The notes under the pieces: generated by a model
The model's input: only the letters and a program-made list of their open reading frames with translations
Told to the model about the DNA's origin: nothing
The model's database searches: none
Made by a program: the position numbers and the translations under genes
Part shown: piece by piece, positions 1-12,700 of the stretch
Layout: each line of letters begins with the position of its first letter
Position numbering within the stretch: position 1 is the stretch's first letter
DNA from: Klebsormidium nitens
Taxonomy: Eukaryota > Plantae > Klebsormidiophyceae
Assembly: GCA_000708835.1 (NCBI GenBank)
Contig: DF237041.1
Span: forward strand, 124,001-188,000
Length of the DNA: 64,000 nt
Reading direction: 5' to 3'

Positions 1-1
1 T

Positions 2-618
2 GACGAGATTGTTGATGGAGGGTGAGTGCAAAGTGCAAAACGTTTCACTCAACAAACCCGCCTCTGCATGCCAGGGCGCCTAGAAAGACCTTGTTTGTTC
101 CAGGGATTGCAGAATACTACACCCGCTCAGAAAAGTCCTCCAACAATTGTCTCATTGTTTGGTGGTCGCTTTGGATCGGAACAAGACCCTTGTTCTCATC
201 GTCTGTTCTCCTTCTTTCACAGGATTGTGCTGGAGACGGATTCCACCATCATCGCAGGCCGAGTGGCAATGAGGGGCGCCGACTCCGACATTCCCCTTTC
301 TGAACAGGTGAGCTCCACTTCTGGCTTCGACCATTTTCCTAACACGGTTATGTTCTGCTGCTGTTTGTGGTCCTTCAATCCTGACAGTGTAACATGTTGG
401 TAAGAGATCAGTGTAACGAAGTGGTGCGAGCTTGCTGGCCCATAAAGGCCGAGATTACTTTGATTGTATCGAGACAAAGTGGGGCCGTTTTAGTGAGCAC
501 TGCAGCTTTATTCAAGCACCGGCTGACACTTTGTGTCTGATTTGTTGCTTCCTTGCAGACCATCTCACAAGCTTTTGCCAACGCAAAGGAGCAGCTTGCA
601 AGATCTTTGCTCAAGTAG
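2..618 (+). CDS. COPZ: Coatomer subunit zeta, 3' part (exons 2-21, 223-307, 559-618); 5' end lies outside the window
   Basis: The spliced translation DEIVDGG|IVLETDSTIIAGRVAMRGADSDIPLSEQ|TISQAFANAKEQLARSLLK* matches the remembered zeta-COP C-terminus (DEIVDGGVILE...[21 protein letters not shown]). GT-AG introns keep the frame. Confidence 0.93.
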
Positions 619-1804
619 CTCCCTTGAAGAGGAGTTCCGCCTTTACCTTCCCTTATCTGTTCGTACCGAGTATGAGATGTATACTCCCTTGCCGGATTGT
701 AAAACAGGACGCCTAGGTACTTCCTGGTCATCAAGATGCAGGTGGCGGCGGATTGATGCAATTTTCATGTTCTAAAGCTCGAATTATATTGCAACATCTA
801 GATCTACAAAGTTCTATGCCAGCATGGTGCGGCAGGGCCGGCCAGGGTTGAGTGACGTGTCAGTAAGTGGGCTGTTCTTTTGTATCTCTGGCCATTGTTC
901 TATGCATAGCTAGACAGAGCTCGAAAACACCGTCCACGGCTTTCATTCTGTGTGCAGCACTTGGCTATAGCTAGGCTTGCATCAAACATGAGAAGATGTC
1001 TCCAGCATGGCTCTTGTGTACTGGAACAATTCACTGAGTAGTTCAAGCAAATGCTCATGGTCAATCAGACTCGCCAAGGTTTGGTGGTCTCTTCTTAGAT
1101 ATAATAGCGTCGTTGCAGTAGTATAGCCCGTTCGGCCAATTATTAGGATTGAGCTTATGGCATATACCGCGGTACTTCGTCGAATCTGCATGTGGCACCG
1201 CGGGCGGCGGCTCTCAGCTGCATTGACCTTCGTCTTATATGGTTCAAAAGTACGCTACTAGATCGACTTGCGTAATCAAAAAGGAGTGCGCAGGGAATAT
1301 ATACATTTGCGCCGGATCCACGGAACTCACATAACTGTGACAATGAGGCGTAAACTTGGCATGTAGCAAGATGAGTCTTTGATGATACATATGCGCTGGT
1401 CAACAGGCCCACAATGACATGCGAGAACAACATATCTGCTTTTGAGCTTAGTTAGGACATGTGGAGGCTGGACTTGTTCGCGAGTCCCTTACTTGGTGAT
1501 CCAATCGAGTTTGACAGTTAGTGCTGGCGGCCCAAGACCTGGTGCAATGGCAGAAGGCGCTCATGGAATCTGGTCGAATCAACGCCCTTGAGACACGCGA
1601 GGGTTATCCAGTCAATTGGGCTACCCTTTGAGTTTGGTCCGAAGCCATCTTGAAGTGGAGACTCCGAATATGTTTGCATGCCAATGCATCAAACACAATA
1701 TGCACACAAAGTGATGGCCACAGATTAGGTCACCTTCGTGCAGCCCTAAGCAACGCGCATTCTATTTCCTAAAGCTCAGTTGGGAGATGTGACACTTGTT
1801 TACA

Positions 1805-3116
1805 CTACTCAAGATCAAGAATACCAAGGTTGGACACAATGATCTTCAATTGGTCGATGAGGTCACTGCCAGTTGCGTACTCAGTCAACAAACCGACCGC
1901 GATCCCGAACATCACCCATCTGCAAAGAAGATGCGCAGTGGTCACCTTGGAAACCAAAAGAAGTCATTACTTGGCCCAGTGCAAAACTCTAAATGCAAGG
2001 CACATCAGTGTACAGGCGATTGGAGACAAGAAAAAGCATGCTCTTCCTGGACACCTGTAGCTTAGCTAGGTAGAAGACACAACATGCACCGCTCAACAAC
2101 CAGCTAAAGCACAATCAAGGACGCGGAGTCTCTTTAGATGCGTTACGGGGCTCAAAAATGGAGATTTTTGTGGCGCCATAATGATCACCACTTCTTGTCA
2201 CCTTCAAACTAGTCTGCTTATGCAAACCCAATGCTTGCTATCAGAATCAGCGTAGCTTGATTCTGGGCCTACGACTGACATGGACTTAGGGTTCTGTCGT
2301 TAGGCGAATTCACTTCCGTGCAGGCTAATACTTCACCCTCATGACTCCGCAGCTCAACTGGTTCCAAACCAACACTTTGAAGAGCTTTTTAAAGGCCCTC
2401 TAGTGCTATTAAACGGGAGTACAAACAGACCTCGTAAAAGCTGGCTATAATCAGCTCCAGGAATCTGGTTTCGCAAAAGCCATGGCGGCTTATGCCCTCC
2501 ATCAAGTCGAAGAAACACTGGCTCGTGCCACTGATTTATAACAAGAGGGAAACCTCAAAAAAAAATTCTCTTGTGAATGTGGCCTACAGTGCCTGGTGCA
2601 TTGTGAGTTGCATTACGGACCTTCTGGATGACGTCGAATATTAGAGACTGTCAGACCAAGCGGGGCACTTCAAAACCCCTGCCCGTAGTCACCATAAATG
2701 CTGCACTCAAGCAGTAGAAAAGCGCTGGTGCTCTCTCACCTGCCATTGCCAATCTCGTTCTTCCGGGTCCAGCCAAAGATCCTCTCCTTCCTGATCTGCT
2801 CTTCCACTTTCCTCTCCTCGAAGTATTGCACCAACTCTTTGGCCTTCTGCCTCTGGAACTCTATTGTGACTCCGGGTTTTTTCGAGGCGGCCGCTGCAGG
2901 GGGCGGGCTAGCGCTAGCTGTCTGCGTTTGAGAGCCCTCAGCGGCAGCATTCCTGACTTCAAATCTTCGTGATGCTGACCTTTTTGAAGTCAATAAGCTT
3001 ACAGGAGCCAATGTGCATTTGGACACGAGCTCCGCACATCCAGTTGAGGATGTTTGCCAGGAAGAGATGCCCGCCGACCTGATATCTATGACAGAAAGAC
3101 TACAGGCCGACGCCAT
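1805..3116 (-). CDS. OHP2: One-helix LHC-like protein 2 (exons 3116-2740, 1919-1805; 163 aa)
   Basis: Transit-peptide-like N-terminus, then EFQRQKAKELVQYF...KNEIGNGR|WVMFGIAVGLLTEYATGSDLIDQLKIIVSNLGILDLE*, which is the characteristic OHP2 C-terminus. Exon lengths sum to 492 nt. Confidence 0.93.
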
Positions 3117-3586
3117 GGCTTTGAAGCTCGCCCGAAAGAAAAAGGGATGTAGAATGTAACACCGCTGAGCTGCTTCCAAGCAAAACCTAAAAACTCTAAA
3201 TGAGCAGCGCCTGTCTGGAACCTTTGACTTCTCTGACCAATGGAAAATAATGATGTCCTTCCACAATGCAGAAACTGCTGGAACGGTCGACCTTCAGCTT
3301 CACTTCCGCATTACCGTACTTTGTTCCGCATTCACCTGAAAAGGAAAGCAATGCGCTCTGATCATGGGAAAGACGATTGCCGGGACGTTTGGCTGCAAGC
3401 TGTATTCACTGGGTACCCTACGGTACTGTATGATAGAACTGTACAGGCGGCCTGCAATGCAATGTGCATCCGGAGTCCGGACTCCGATCATCTTGACCGG
3501 CGGATTGCTGAGCATCGTGGCGCATTCGGAGCCTTTCGATTTGGCATAACCTGACTCTTGAGGGCTGACAATCGTCACCAACTTGC

Positions 3587-3649
3587 TGACGTCAAATCGG
3601 GGACTACTGATCTCGTTCAGAATGCGAAATTAGGGTTACGAAACCCTAA
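3587..3649. promoter_or_regulatory. Divergent OHP2/hexosaminidase promoter elements: TGACGTCA palindrome (3587-3594) and inverted telo-box pair TTAGGGTT-ACGA-AACCCTAA (3630-3649)
   Basis: Both motifs are read directly in the ~630-bp gap between the two head-to-head ATGs. Function is inferred from plant bZIP (CRE-like) and telo-box elements. Confidence 0.45.
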
Positions 3650-3743
3650 GTAGTGCCAGCAGAAGGAAGGCTAGCTCTGCTCAGCTTGACGGTGGCGGTG
3701 ACTTGCATGGATCCATTGGTGGCACTCTTCCTCGAGTACCATC

Positions 3744-6700
3744 ATGGCCTTCTTCAAGCTGCGGTCTCTTGTTGCCCTTCTCTCGCTGCATTGCTTCCTC
3801 GTGGGAACCCAATGCGTGCAGGAGGCTGGAAGGGGCCTCTCACGCACTGATATAGCTGGCCAGTGGTCTATCCTGGAGCCAATTCTGAAGGCCCAAGAGG
3901 AAAGTTTTATACAGGCAGCTCCATTGGACAGCAATGAAGTAGACGAGCACAGTTCTCTTATTTGGCCCCTGCCCCTTGAGCATTCTAGGGGGAATGTCAC
4001 TCTCGTCATTGATCCGGGGTTGAAGTTCACGTCTAATCTTCCCAATTCGGTGGTGCTTGATGCGGCTTTTGACAGGTATTTGAAGCTCATCTTCACGCAT
4101 CCAACCAAGGTGAAGGACCAGAAGCTGCGGGGGAACCTAATTCTGGTGCTGTCTGAAGTACACATTGAGGTCAACTGTACCAAAGAGGAGGTGAGTTGTG
4201 TGCATATCTCAAGAAACATTGCTCCTCATGGAGTTGCTGTAGAAATTGGTAGCCATTATTTCAGGACTGCTTCAATCAATGTCCATGCATTTTTCCTGTT
4301 GTTGTGCACTGATTAAATGAAGCAATATGCCGGATAATCCATACAAAGGCAGAGACTTTTGACTGCTCAAGACAGGGGTGGGAACCTGGACATTTGCACC
4401 ACCGCATATCATGTTTCTGCTGCAATAGAAATGTATGCTCTTAGGCCCATACATTCGCTACTTTGATTGAAATTATGTTCGCAACATATCTCCGAATTTT
4501 AACACATTATTTCACAACTTTCTCACCAATGTTGAAGAAGGTGGAAATCACCTACCTTAGCTCATTTATGTTGACTTTTTGGGGTTCGCCACAAATATCC
4601 TACATTGTTCACATCAAGGGAGAAAAGCACAAAGTTTGAGGTACAAGTGCAGGTTTGGATTGCCATTGACTCAACCGAAACTAAGCACGATTGAAATGCA
4701 AACGCAAATTATGTTTGTAGACAACTGTATTGCTCTGTGCAGCTCAATTATGGAGTTGATGAGTCATACACTTTGGATGTTCCAAAGAATGGGGACCCTG
4801 CAATTATCAAGGTAAGCGAGACTTGAATAGGGGGGGTGCCTACACTCAACTCAAAGTGTAGACTCGTTTTGGATCAAAGCAGTTTGCATTCCCATCTCAT
4901 CACTTCTCACACCGTAGAGAGAAGCCACCTTTGCGGATGCCACGTTCTCTATAAGAAAGCCTTTCTGTACTCCCTTCTTATCCACTCCAGATGCAGGCGA
5001 GGCAAACGTGCTGAGAACATCCTGTTTTCTTGTTGATTAACCAATACTATCAATATACAGTTACTGCCATTCAGTTTCTTTGTTGCCTACTGCAGGCAGA
5101 GACCGTGTTTGGTGCGCTCAGGGGGCTTGAGGTGAGGAGTCGTTGGACTCTGACAAGTTGCATCCCATTGGCCTGGACCATTCTCTTCCAAGCCTCGCAG
5201 ATTGCTTGTGTGTACGTGAACTTCCAACCATTATAAGCGTGCCAACAGCATCTTGACCTACCTGGTCCTACTTAGGAGCCTTCAAAGTCTCTCTGAAGAA
5301 CCTGATTGTTTGTAGGGATCGAGTCGAAGGTGACAACTTATGGCTGAGTTAGTTCAGCCATACTAGAAGCAGAGTCACCGACTGAAAAGAGCTTGTTACG
5401 AGATTGATTTGCTGTGGTTTATCACCTTAAGACCCTCAGTCCAATGAGTGTTCCTCTAGGCCTGGGTCGAGTCATTTTTGACCAGCTCCAATTCCAACAA
5501 ATCAGAGGAAAAGCTATCCTTATCTTCAAATGCTCTTAAGCTGACCCGCCCCTTGAAACGAACACACTGTTTCTCATTGTCCCTGGTTCTTCAGCAGCCA
5601 CATTGCTTCGCTCTAGTTCAAAACCTGGATCCTTGTTTCTGACAGACCTTCAGCCAGCTGTGTTTCTATGACTTCTCGACCAAGAAGGTTCGTTTGGAAC
5701 ACGCCCCTTGGTCTGTCAAGGACGCCCCCCGCTTCCCCCACAGGGGCCTCCTTATCGGTAAGTGGTTCAGCTTGGAGGATGCCTCTTCTCAGTGCTGACA
5801 GTTTTTTGGCAGGAACCGGCGTCGTGTCTCATAAGGAAACTAAAGCGTATTAAAAGACCAATTGGAATCGTCGATGTCAATGTACGCATTGGTGGCTGGG
5901 CCTGTGGCGGCTTGGTTCGCACTGCTTTGAGAGCAGAGTCGTATTCCAGTGGTTCTGTGACGTGTGTCGGGACTGACCGTTCCTCTGTCCCTTTCCTGTG
6001 GAAAGGGACGTTCGCTTTCCCATTTCGCTCTGCTCCGGTTTGCACGCATGCTTCTACAACTATGTCGACCACGTAGCACAACTCGACGAAGTTCAGTGCT
6101 GATGCGCGGGCTGAGAAGCCCTCTCACGGGGACGATCCGTATTTCTGATACTCAAGAGACACTGATTGGCGAACAGACTCTGTGCGATTGATCTTAAAAA
6201 GGCATCTGTTCCGTCCCGCAGACACCTCCCGCCACTGGCAGCCGGTGATTGCCATCAAAGAGATCATCGACTCCCTTTCGTATGCGAAGATGGTGAGAAT
6301 CGATGACCCGTTCCATTGGCACTCCATTCGATAAGCCTGCCACTCAAGTCGATCGGTTGTCCGTGTTCGATTTGTTCGAGGAGCGTAGGCACGAGAGGTT
6401 TGCAAAGATCAGTTGCAACGACCATGTTCCTCGCTCAAACTTCTCGTTGGATCCATTCCCCGATGCCTTCCTTCGGCCACATTTGGCGCCCGGCTCGAAC
6501 CTGGATTTCAGGCGCGATTCGGTACCCTTCGATGCATCTTCTCGGATCTAGTTCTGGAACTAGAGCGGCAATCTTTCGTTGGATGCAGAACGTTCTCCAC
6601 TGGCACACGGTGGACTATCAGTCGTTCCCCCTGGAGGTGCCGTCGTTCCCCAAGCTGTGGGACGGCGCCTACACGCGGTACGAGAAGTACTCCTATGCCG

Positions 6701-9700
6701 ACGTGGCAGATGTCGTCGAGTGAGCGTCAAACTTGTTCCCGTGCTTCCGGCCTCGGTTGTTTTCTGTCCCTAACCTTTCTGCTCTATCCATGTTTTCGTT
6801 GAAGTCACAGAAAGGCGCTGATGAATGGCGCATCTGATCAGGTTGGCCCAGAATTACGAGCTCTGAATTGCAGTCTGAGGAAAGCGTTCAGATATGCGGA
6901 ATACCGGTATGCGGTGCGGTGTCGTCAGGGTTTAATCTGGATATGCCTCGGATGCTCCAGACGCGGTCCGTCCGATATGCCAATCATTAGCCTATTGTGG
7001 ACCGGAGGCAGTCTGTCTTACAGCAGTAACCTAGTAACACATGTCGTGTCCTTTGTCGCGCTTCGTGAGGAGACCTTTCCAAACCGGGCCGCAACGAGGT
7101 GCAAACGGGCGTGTCGCCGTTTTCATAACTCATTTTGCGAAGAAACTTCCTTGCTCGTGCCCATGCTTCTTTGAAAAAGATCGAACATCAGCTCCCGTTT
7201 TGTCGTCCGTTGCCATACGCCCTCTCAACCGAACGCTGCCTTTTCGGAACCACTTGGGAACCGCAAGCCTAGACATTCGCAAAATCGCGACAAAATCACC
7301 ACCGTTGCAGAATGCTTCGTTTTCAACAAACGACTCTGTCGAACAATCAAGTGCATTCAGGCCCTAGTCACCGCTTTCTTATGGACTGGCCCAACTCAGG
7401 ATTCTCATCGACTACAATCAAGAGATTGTCAGATTCTTTCTGGTTTCGTGACTAGATTGATGAACCTTGAGAACTCTCTCTGTCTAGGTACGGACGTCTG
7501 CGAGGCGTTCACGTGATGGCCGAGATCGACGTCCCAGGCCACGCAATCTCCTGGTGAGTTCGATCGAACGGTCGGATCCATGCCTATCTGACACCCGAAA
7601 CTTGAGTTATGGAGTTGGGCCCAGCTTTGAATTGCCAGGATCTGGCCGGGCAGCACCAGCTATAGGTCTGCGGCGCAAGCATGCTCACCCCGCAATCTCG
7701 TGCGCTGACACATTGTAGCAAACTCCTTCTCGACCAGCATCATTGCAGTTGTCGACGTGTCGACGAGGTCACGGTCCGAAGGGGAAGGCTTGCGAGTGGT
7801 ACTGCGTGCGGAGAGCGGGAACAAACAAAAGCCGGATCAGAACAACAAAGAAAAGCGGGAAGAATAGAGAAAAGCCGGATCGAAAAAAGAGGTTATAATT
7901 CTTCGACTTCTTCAATGCAGGGGCGTCGGGTACCCGGAGCTGTGGCCGAGCCCCACGTGCCAGGAGCCTCTCGACGTCAGCAACAACTTCACGTTTGAGG
8001 TCATCGAGGGAATCTTCTCGGGTGAGGTTTGAGGATCGCGCGAGCCTATTCAATATGTGTAATCAGCTTTTGTTCTTCCTTTTCGTTCCGTTTTGGGTTT
8101 CACCATCGTTGAGTGAGTGCAGAGAATTATCTATCTTTTGCATCTGCAGTCTAAACAGGCTGCGGTAGTTGCGTGCTGCGCTGTTCTAAGGGTTTCAGCG
8201 TTTGTGCTTGTATCAGATCTGCGGCTCGGTGAATCGGTTCTCGTTCGAGATAGTTCGATTCTTGAGCGGGTACCTATTCCTTCAGGCCCGAGGACTCTGG
8301 TTGTGCTTTTCTGCTTTCAAGCCACCAGGATTCACTCGTCATCGTGACGCCATTTTTTTTGGATGCTCGTGCTGGAGAATATCCTTCCTCTCGCCGATGC
8401 GTCGTCAAGGTACAGAGCACTCATCGGGGCCCGTAGTTCTTTAGCGACCGAGTGGCTCGGTTGCCTCTGGTCTGGTTCGAGACCACGTCATCGTGACGTC
8501 AGCAACACCGGAGCATGTCGAATCGCTTCTTAATCACTTCACAATTACGAAATTGCGGCGAGCAGTAGCCCGCTCGACCAGAAAGCACAGATGCTCGGGT
8601 GGGTGGTGGGCATCCTCAACAAGGTCCTTTCTGCTTTCGGGATCCTGTCGTGAACGAAGGACGACACTGCCTCCGGTGATAGGTCTCTGACATCTCGCGT
8701 TTGCTATCCCGCAGACCTGAAGAAAATCCTGAAGTACGATCTTTTCCATCTCGGTGGCGACGAAGTCAACACCGGTGAGTCCACGGAACAGACGCGGAAA
8801 CAGTATTGTCTCTGATAGAAACGAATCAGAAACGCTTGCTTGCTGCTTGCCCCTTCGGCTGGTCGCGGGCTGCTGACGTCATTTGCTCTTGAGGAGCGTT
8901 CTGTTCAATGTACTGGTCACGTTGTCCATGCGTTTCGACGAAACGGCAGTATTGTGTCGCAGATGAGATGATTCCAAGAAGAGCAAAGCAAACGAAAAGG
9001 AGACGAAAAGAGAGAAACAAAAAGAAGGGTCAACATTGACATCCTCACGCCTTATGCGGACTGCTAGGACTACCTCCCGTCAGTTGGCTCACAAACGGAT
9101 TTGCGCCGAAGACGATGGGCGAAGACATAGAGATGGGAAAGAGATTTTGGTTAGATATAAAGAAATCGTCTTTGCTTCTTTCCCGCCCTGCAGACTGTCA
9201 GACCAAGGGCCCCTTGTGGGGGCTTTGCAGGAGTGACCTGAAGACAGAGAACGACTCACGTAACAAAAAAAATACATTGGAGACACGAACCGGCTGCAAA
9301 TACCCAAGCTTTCTTTGTCAGACTGCTGGACGAGCAACCCCCACGTGGCGGCGTGGCTGGCAGGAGCACCGCTTGTCGGAACACGACTTATTGTACTCTT
9401 GGATTAGTCCAGCTCAGTACTTTTACCCCCCGCCCCCCTCTTGCTCTTGACAGACTGTTGGACGAGCACCCCCCACGTGGCGTCTTCCCAGGGGCGGGTC
9501 GAAGGCAGAGAAGCAGATTCTGGACTTATATTTCATTGATTAGGTTGTTCTGTATTCTTTTTATGTATACTTGTAAGCAGCTGAAACTCTCCCCCCTCCT
9601 CTTCGGCAGACTGCTGGACGAGCACCCCCCACGTGGCGGCGTGGCTGGCGGAGCGCGGCTGGTCGGGGCACGACGCGTACGCCGACTTCGTGCTTCACGC

Positions 9701-12700
9701 GCAACGGCTCGCGCTGAAGCAGGGCTGGCAGCCCATCAACTGGCAGGAGCCGTTCGACGAGTTCCCGGAGCGGCTGGACAACAGCAGCATCGTGCATATC
9801 TGGTGGGTGACGTCGAAACCCGTCACGATGACGTCATCGAGGATGCTTCCGTTTTGTTGATGGGTTCCTTGGCCGTACTGAACAACACCAGCGTCGTGCA
9901 CATCTGGTGGGTAACGTTCGAACCGTCATGATAACGTCACTGAGAATGCTTCTCTTTCAAGGGGTTTCTGGCTGAACAACAGCAGCATCGTGCACATCTG
10001 GTAGGTGACGTCATGTCCGTCATGGTGACGTCATTGAGAATGCTTCCGTTTGCTAATGAGTTCCTCCGCGGGACTGGACAACAGCAGCATCGTGCATATC
10101 TGGTGGATGACGTCATTGAGAATGCCTCCGTGCTCTCGAGAGGGTTTTCAGCTGGACTGGACAACAGAGGCATCGTGCAAACCTCGCGCATGGTTGCTGG
10201 TACCAGTCAGGGTTTTTCGCCCAAAGTTTGTCCAAACAGATGGTTCTCCGTGGACAACAGCATCGTCGTGCCTATTTGGTGGGTGGTTTCGAGTATCTCA
10301 TAAGAATGTTCGTCGGGTCTTTTCCGTCCAACGAGATGGTCTCGAAAGCTTCTGTTAGAAGTTTATTTTTCTCCGCTGGTCCTTTGAGCAGTCGAAGTGT
10401 TTCCGCGCCGTTTGAACCGCACCAGAAGCACACCAAAAAGCATGATTCCGGAAAAGATACATCTAGGACTGCTTCCGGCTGAACATGAACGAAATATTCT
10501 TTGCTAATACTTCCGCCCTTCCGCCCTGGGAATGCGGAAGCGCCCACCTGGCCGCTCTTCACTTCGTGTTCTTTGCTCCCGCCCCCTTTGTCTTTTCTCG
10601 TTGCCACCGCTCTATTTGCTATTGGAACGGCGAAGGAAACGAAGCCTATGGTTGTCTCACCCGCAGAATCAACAAGGCGTCTCAGCTGCCCGCTCTTTGC
10701 TTTCTGCTTGTGGCTCCGTTCCCCTTGGTTTCTTACATGTTGCCACCCCCTCTATCGGCTCTTGAACGGCAAAGGAACGAATGTTAAGGCTGCCTTCTCC
10801 ACAGGATCAACAAGGCGTCCGCCCCGCGCGCCGCTGCGCTTGGCCACCGCGTGCTGATGAGCAACTTCGACGCTTGGTACCTGGATCACCTGGGGGTGCC
10901 CTGGCAGACCATGTACTCCAATGACATTCTACAGGTGGGTTCCAAACGTCGCCTTCCAAACCGTAACTTGCTGAGATTCCCCTTTTGGAAAAGCTTGATT
11001 TGGTCCGGTGAGAGAGGGCCTGAAACGCGAGCGAAGTCGTGGTACCTGGATCACCTGGGGGTGCCGTGACAGACCATGTACGCCAGCGACATTCTACAGG
11101 TGGGTTCCGCACCTTAGCGCCCAGAACCTCGCTGTTTCAACTTGCCTTTTGGTCCGGCCAGAGAGGGTTTGCAACACGCGCGAAGTCCTGGTGTGGGAGT
11201 TCCCTGGCAAACCACGTACGCCAACGATGTTCTCCACTTAAGCGGCCACGTAGACTTTCAAAGCTTAAAAGGCCTGACATTGGAAGCCCGAAAGCCGGAT
11301 TACCTACTTTGCTTTGGAACGCTGAAAGTAGTCCCAGTCTGGAAAGGCCTTCAGAATGTGCAGCGGCAGAATTGCAGACCCTGGACGATGATGACATTCT
11401 ACAGCCAAATCCCGATACGCTTTTCTTTCGTTGCTGGAACCTACGCTCTCAGAGCTCCAGATTTCTGGTCTTCGAACGCTCTGGTCCAGTCTGCAAATGG
11501 CCTTCGCTGAAAGCCATTTTTGTTTGCCTGTAGCTGTGAGGGTTCCTGGCAGGACATATGTGCTCGCGACAACCTACCATTGAGTGTGACACAACGCCTT
11601 CTGAATGCTGGAATCTTGGCGTCCTCGATCGGTGTAATGCAGAATTTTACAGTTTTTGAGTGGCCGGTATGTAAGCCGACAGATCTCGTAGCTTCCAGCC
11701 TCGTCCACCGAGTGTCGCCTTACCGGCATCACCGTTCAGAATTTGATTTCAGCAACGACCACCAGTCAGCGTTCCCCGATTCCGGCATCTCACGTCATTA
11801 CTTCCTCGCATTTCAACCCGGTCATTTAGCACAACCGCTTGGCACTCAGTTGGCCTTCTTGCTCGCCTGCGATTCTGGCATCTGACGTCATCACTGTATC
11901 CATGTACCCACTCGGTCATCTGGTGAATCCGCCCGATCAAGTGTGCTGGTCACTGGCGCGCTCGCCGTTCAGATCCGTCGATTTTTTCCCTCTTCTCATC
12001 GAATGTGCACGTTCTTCCGCCAACAAGTCGACGCTTTCGACGAACCGCACGAACATTCTAAAAACCGGCCGGATTGTCTGTCCGCAGGGCGTGGAAGACC
12101 CGGAGCAGCAGAAGCTGTTCCTGGGGGGTGAGGTCTGCGCGTGGGGCGAGACTATCGACATCTCCGATCTGCAGCAAACCGTCTGGCCGCGCTCCGCCGC
12201 AGCCGCAGGCACGTGGCTCCGCCTTCGCTCCCTTTCCGTTGATTTCAAACGCTGACAGGTGCTCGAGATTTTAAGTTCGCTGTCCTTACGGAAGATTGAC
12301 GTCAGAATCGGAAAGCTCGTTTCGAGTCCGTTTCCGCTGCGCCCCTGCCTTTGATCGGCCCACCAGTAAGTGCATTTGCTCGTTCCCGTGTGTCGAATAC
12401 TCGGTTGCTCTCCCCTGCTCGCACTCATTCTGCCGTCGCTGAAAGTACTGGCTCGCAGACCGGTTCCTTTAAAGAGCTTCACAATCTTCGAAGTCCAAAA
12501 TGTTCTGGCACAAGCTAACGTGTGAGGTTGCTCGACTGCGGCCCTGAAAGCTCAGTTTCATTCGTAGGCCGGTCAGTGAGTCTCATGCCGACGTACTCTC
12601 CGAAGGCCGGCGGACTCCCGAACAATTTCTGAAGTTTGGCCCGTGCGAGGCGCTAGCTTTGCAGATTTTGTTTGCGGCTGCGGATTGCAACATACGAACC

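Noticed and set aside
982-1433. Short minus-strand ORFs between COPZ and OHP2
   Set aside because: No splice logic or recognisable motif; probably UTR or relic.
6885-6925. Alternative micro-exon (YAEYR) in hexosaminidase intron 6
   Set aside because: Exons 6 and 7 join in phase with the conserved sequence without it, and the signals are weak.
9774-10290. CRISPR-like array (repeat plus spacer appearance)
   Set aside because: The 'spacers' are homologous to each other, the repeat is a copy of an exon end, the context is eukaryotic, and there are no cas genes.
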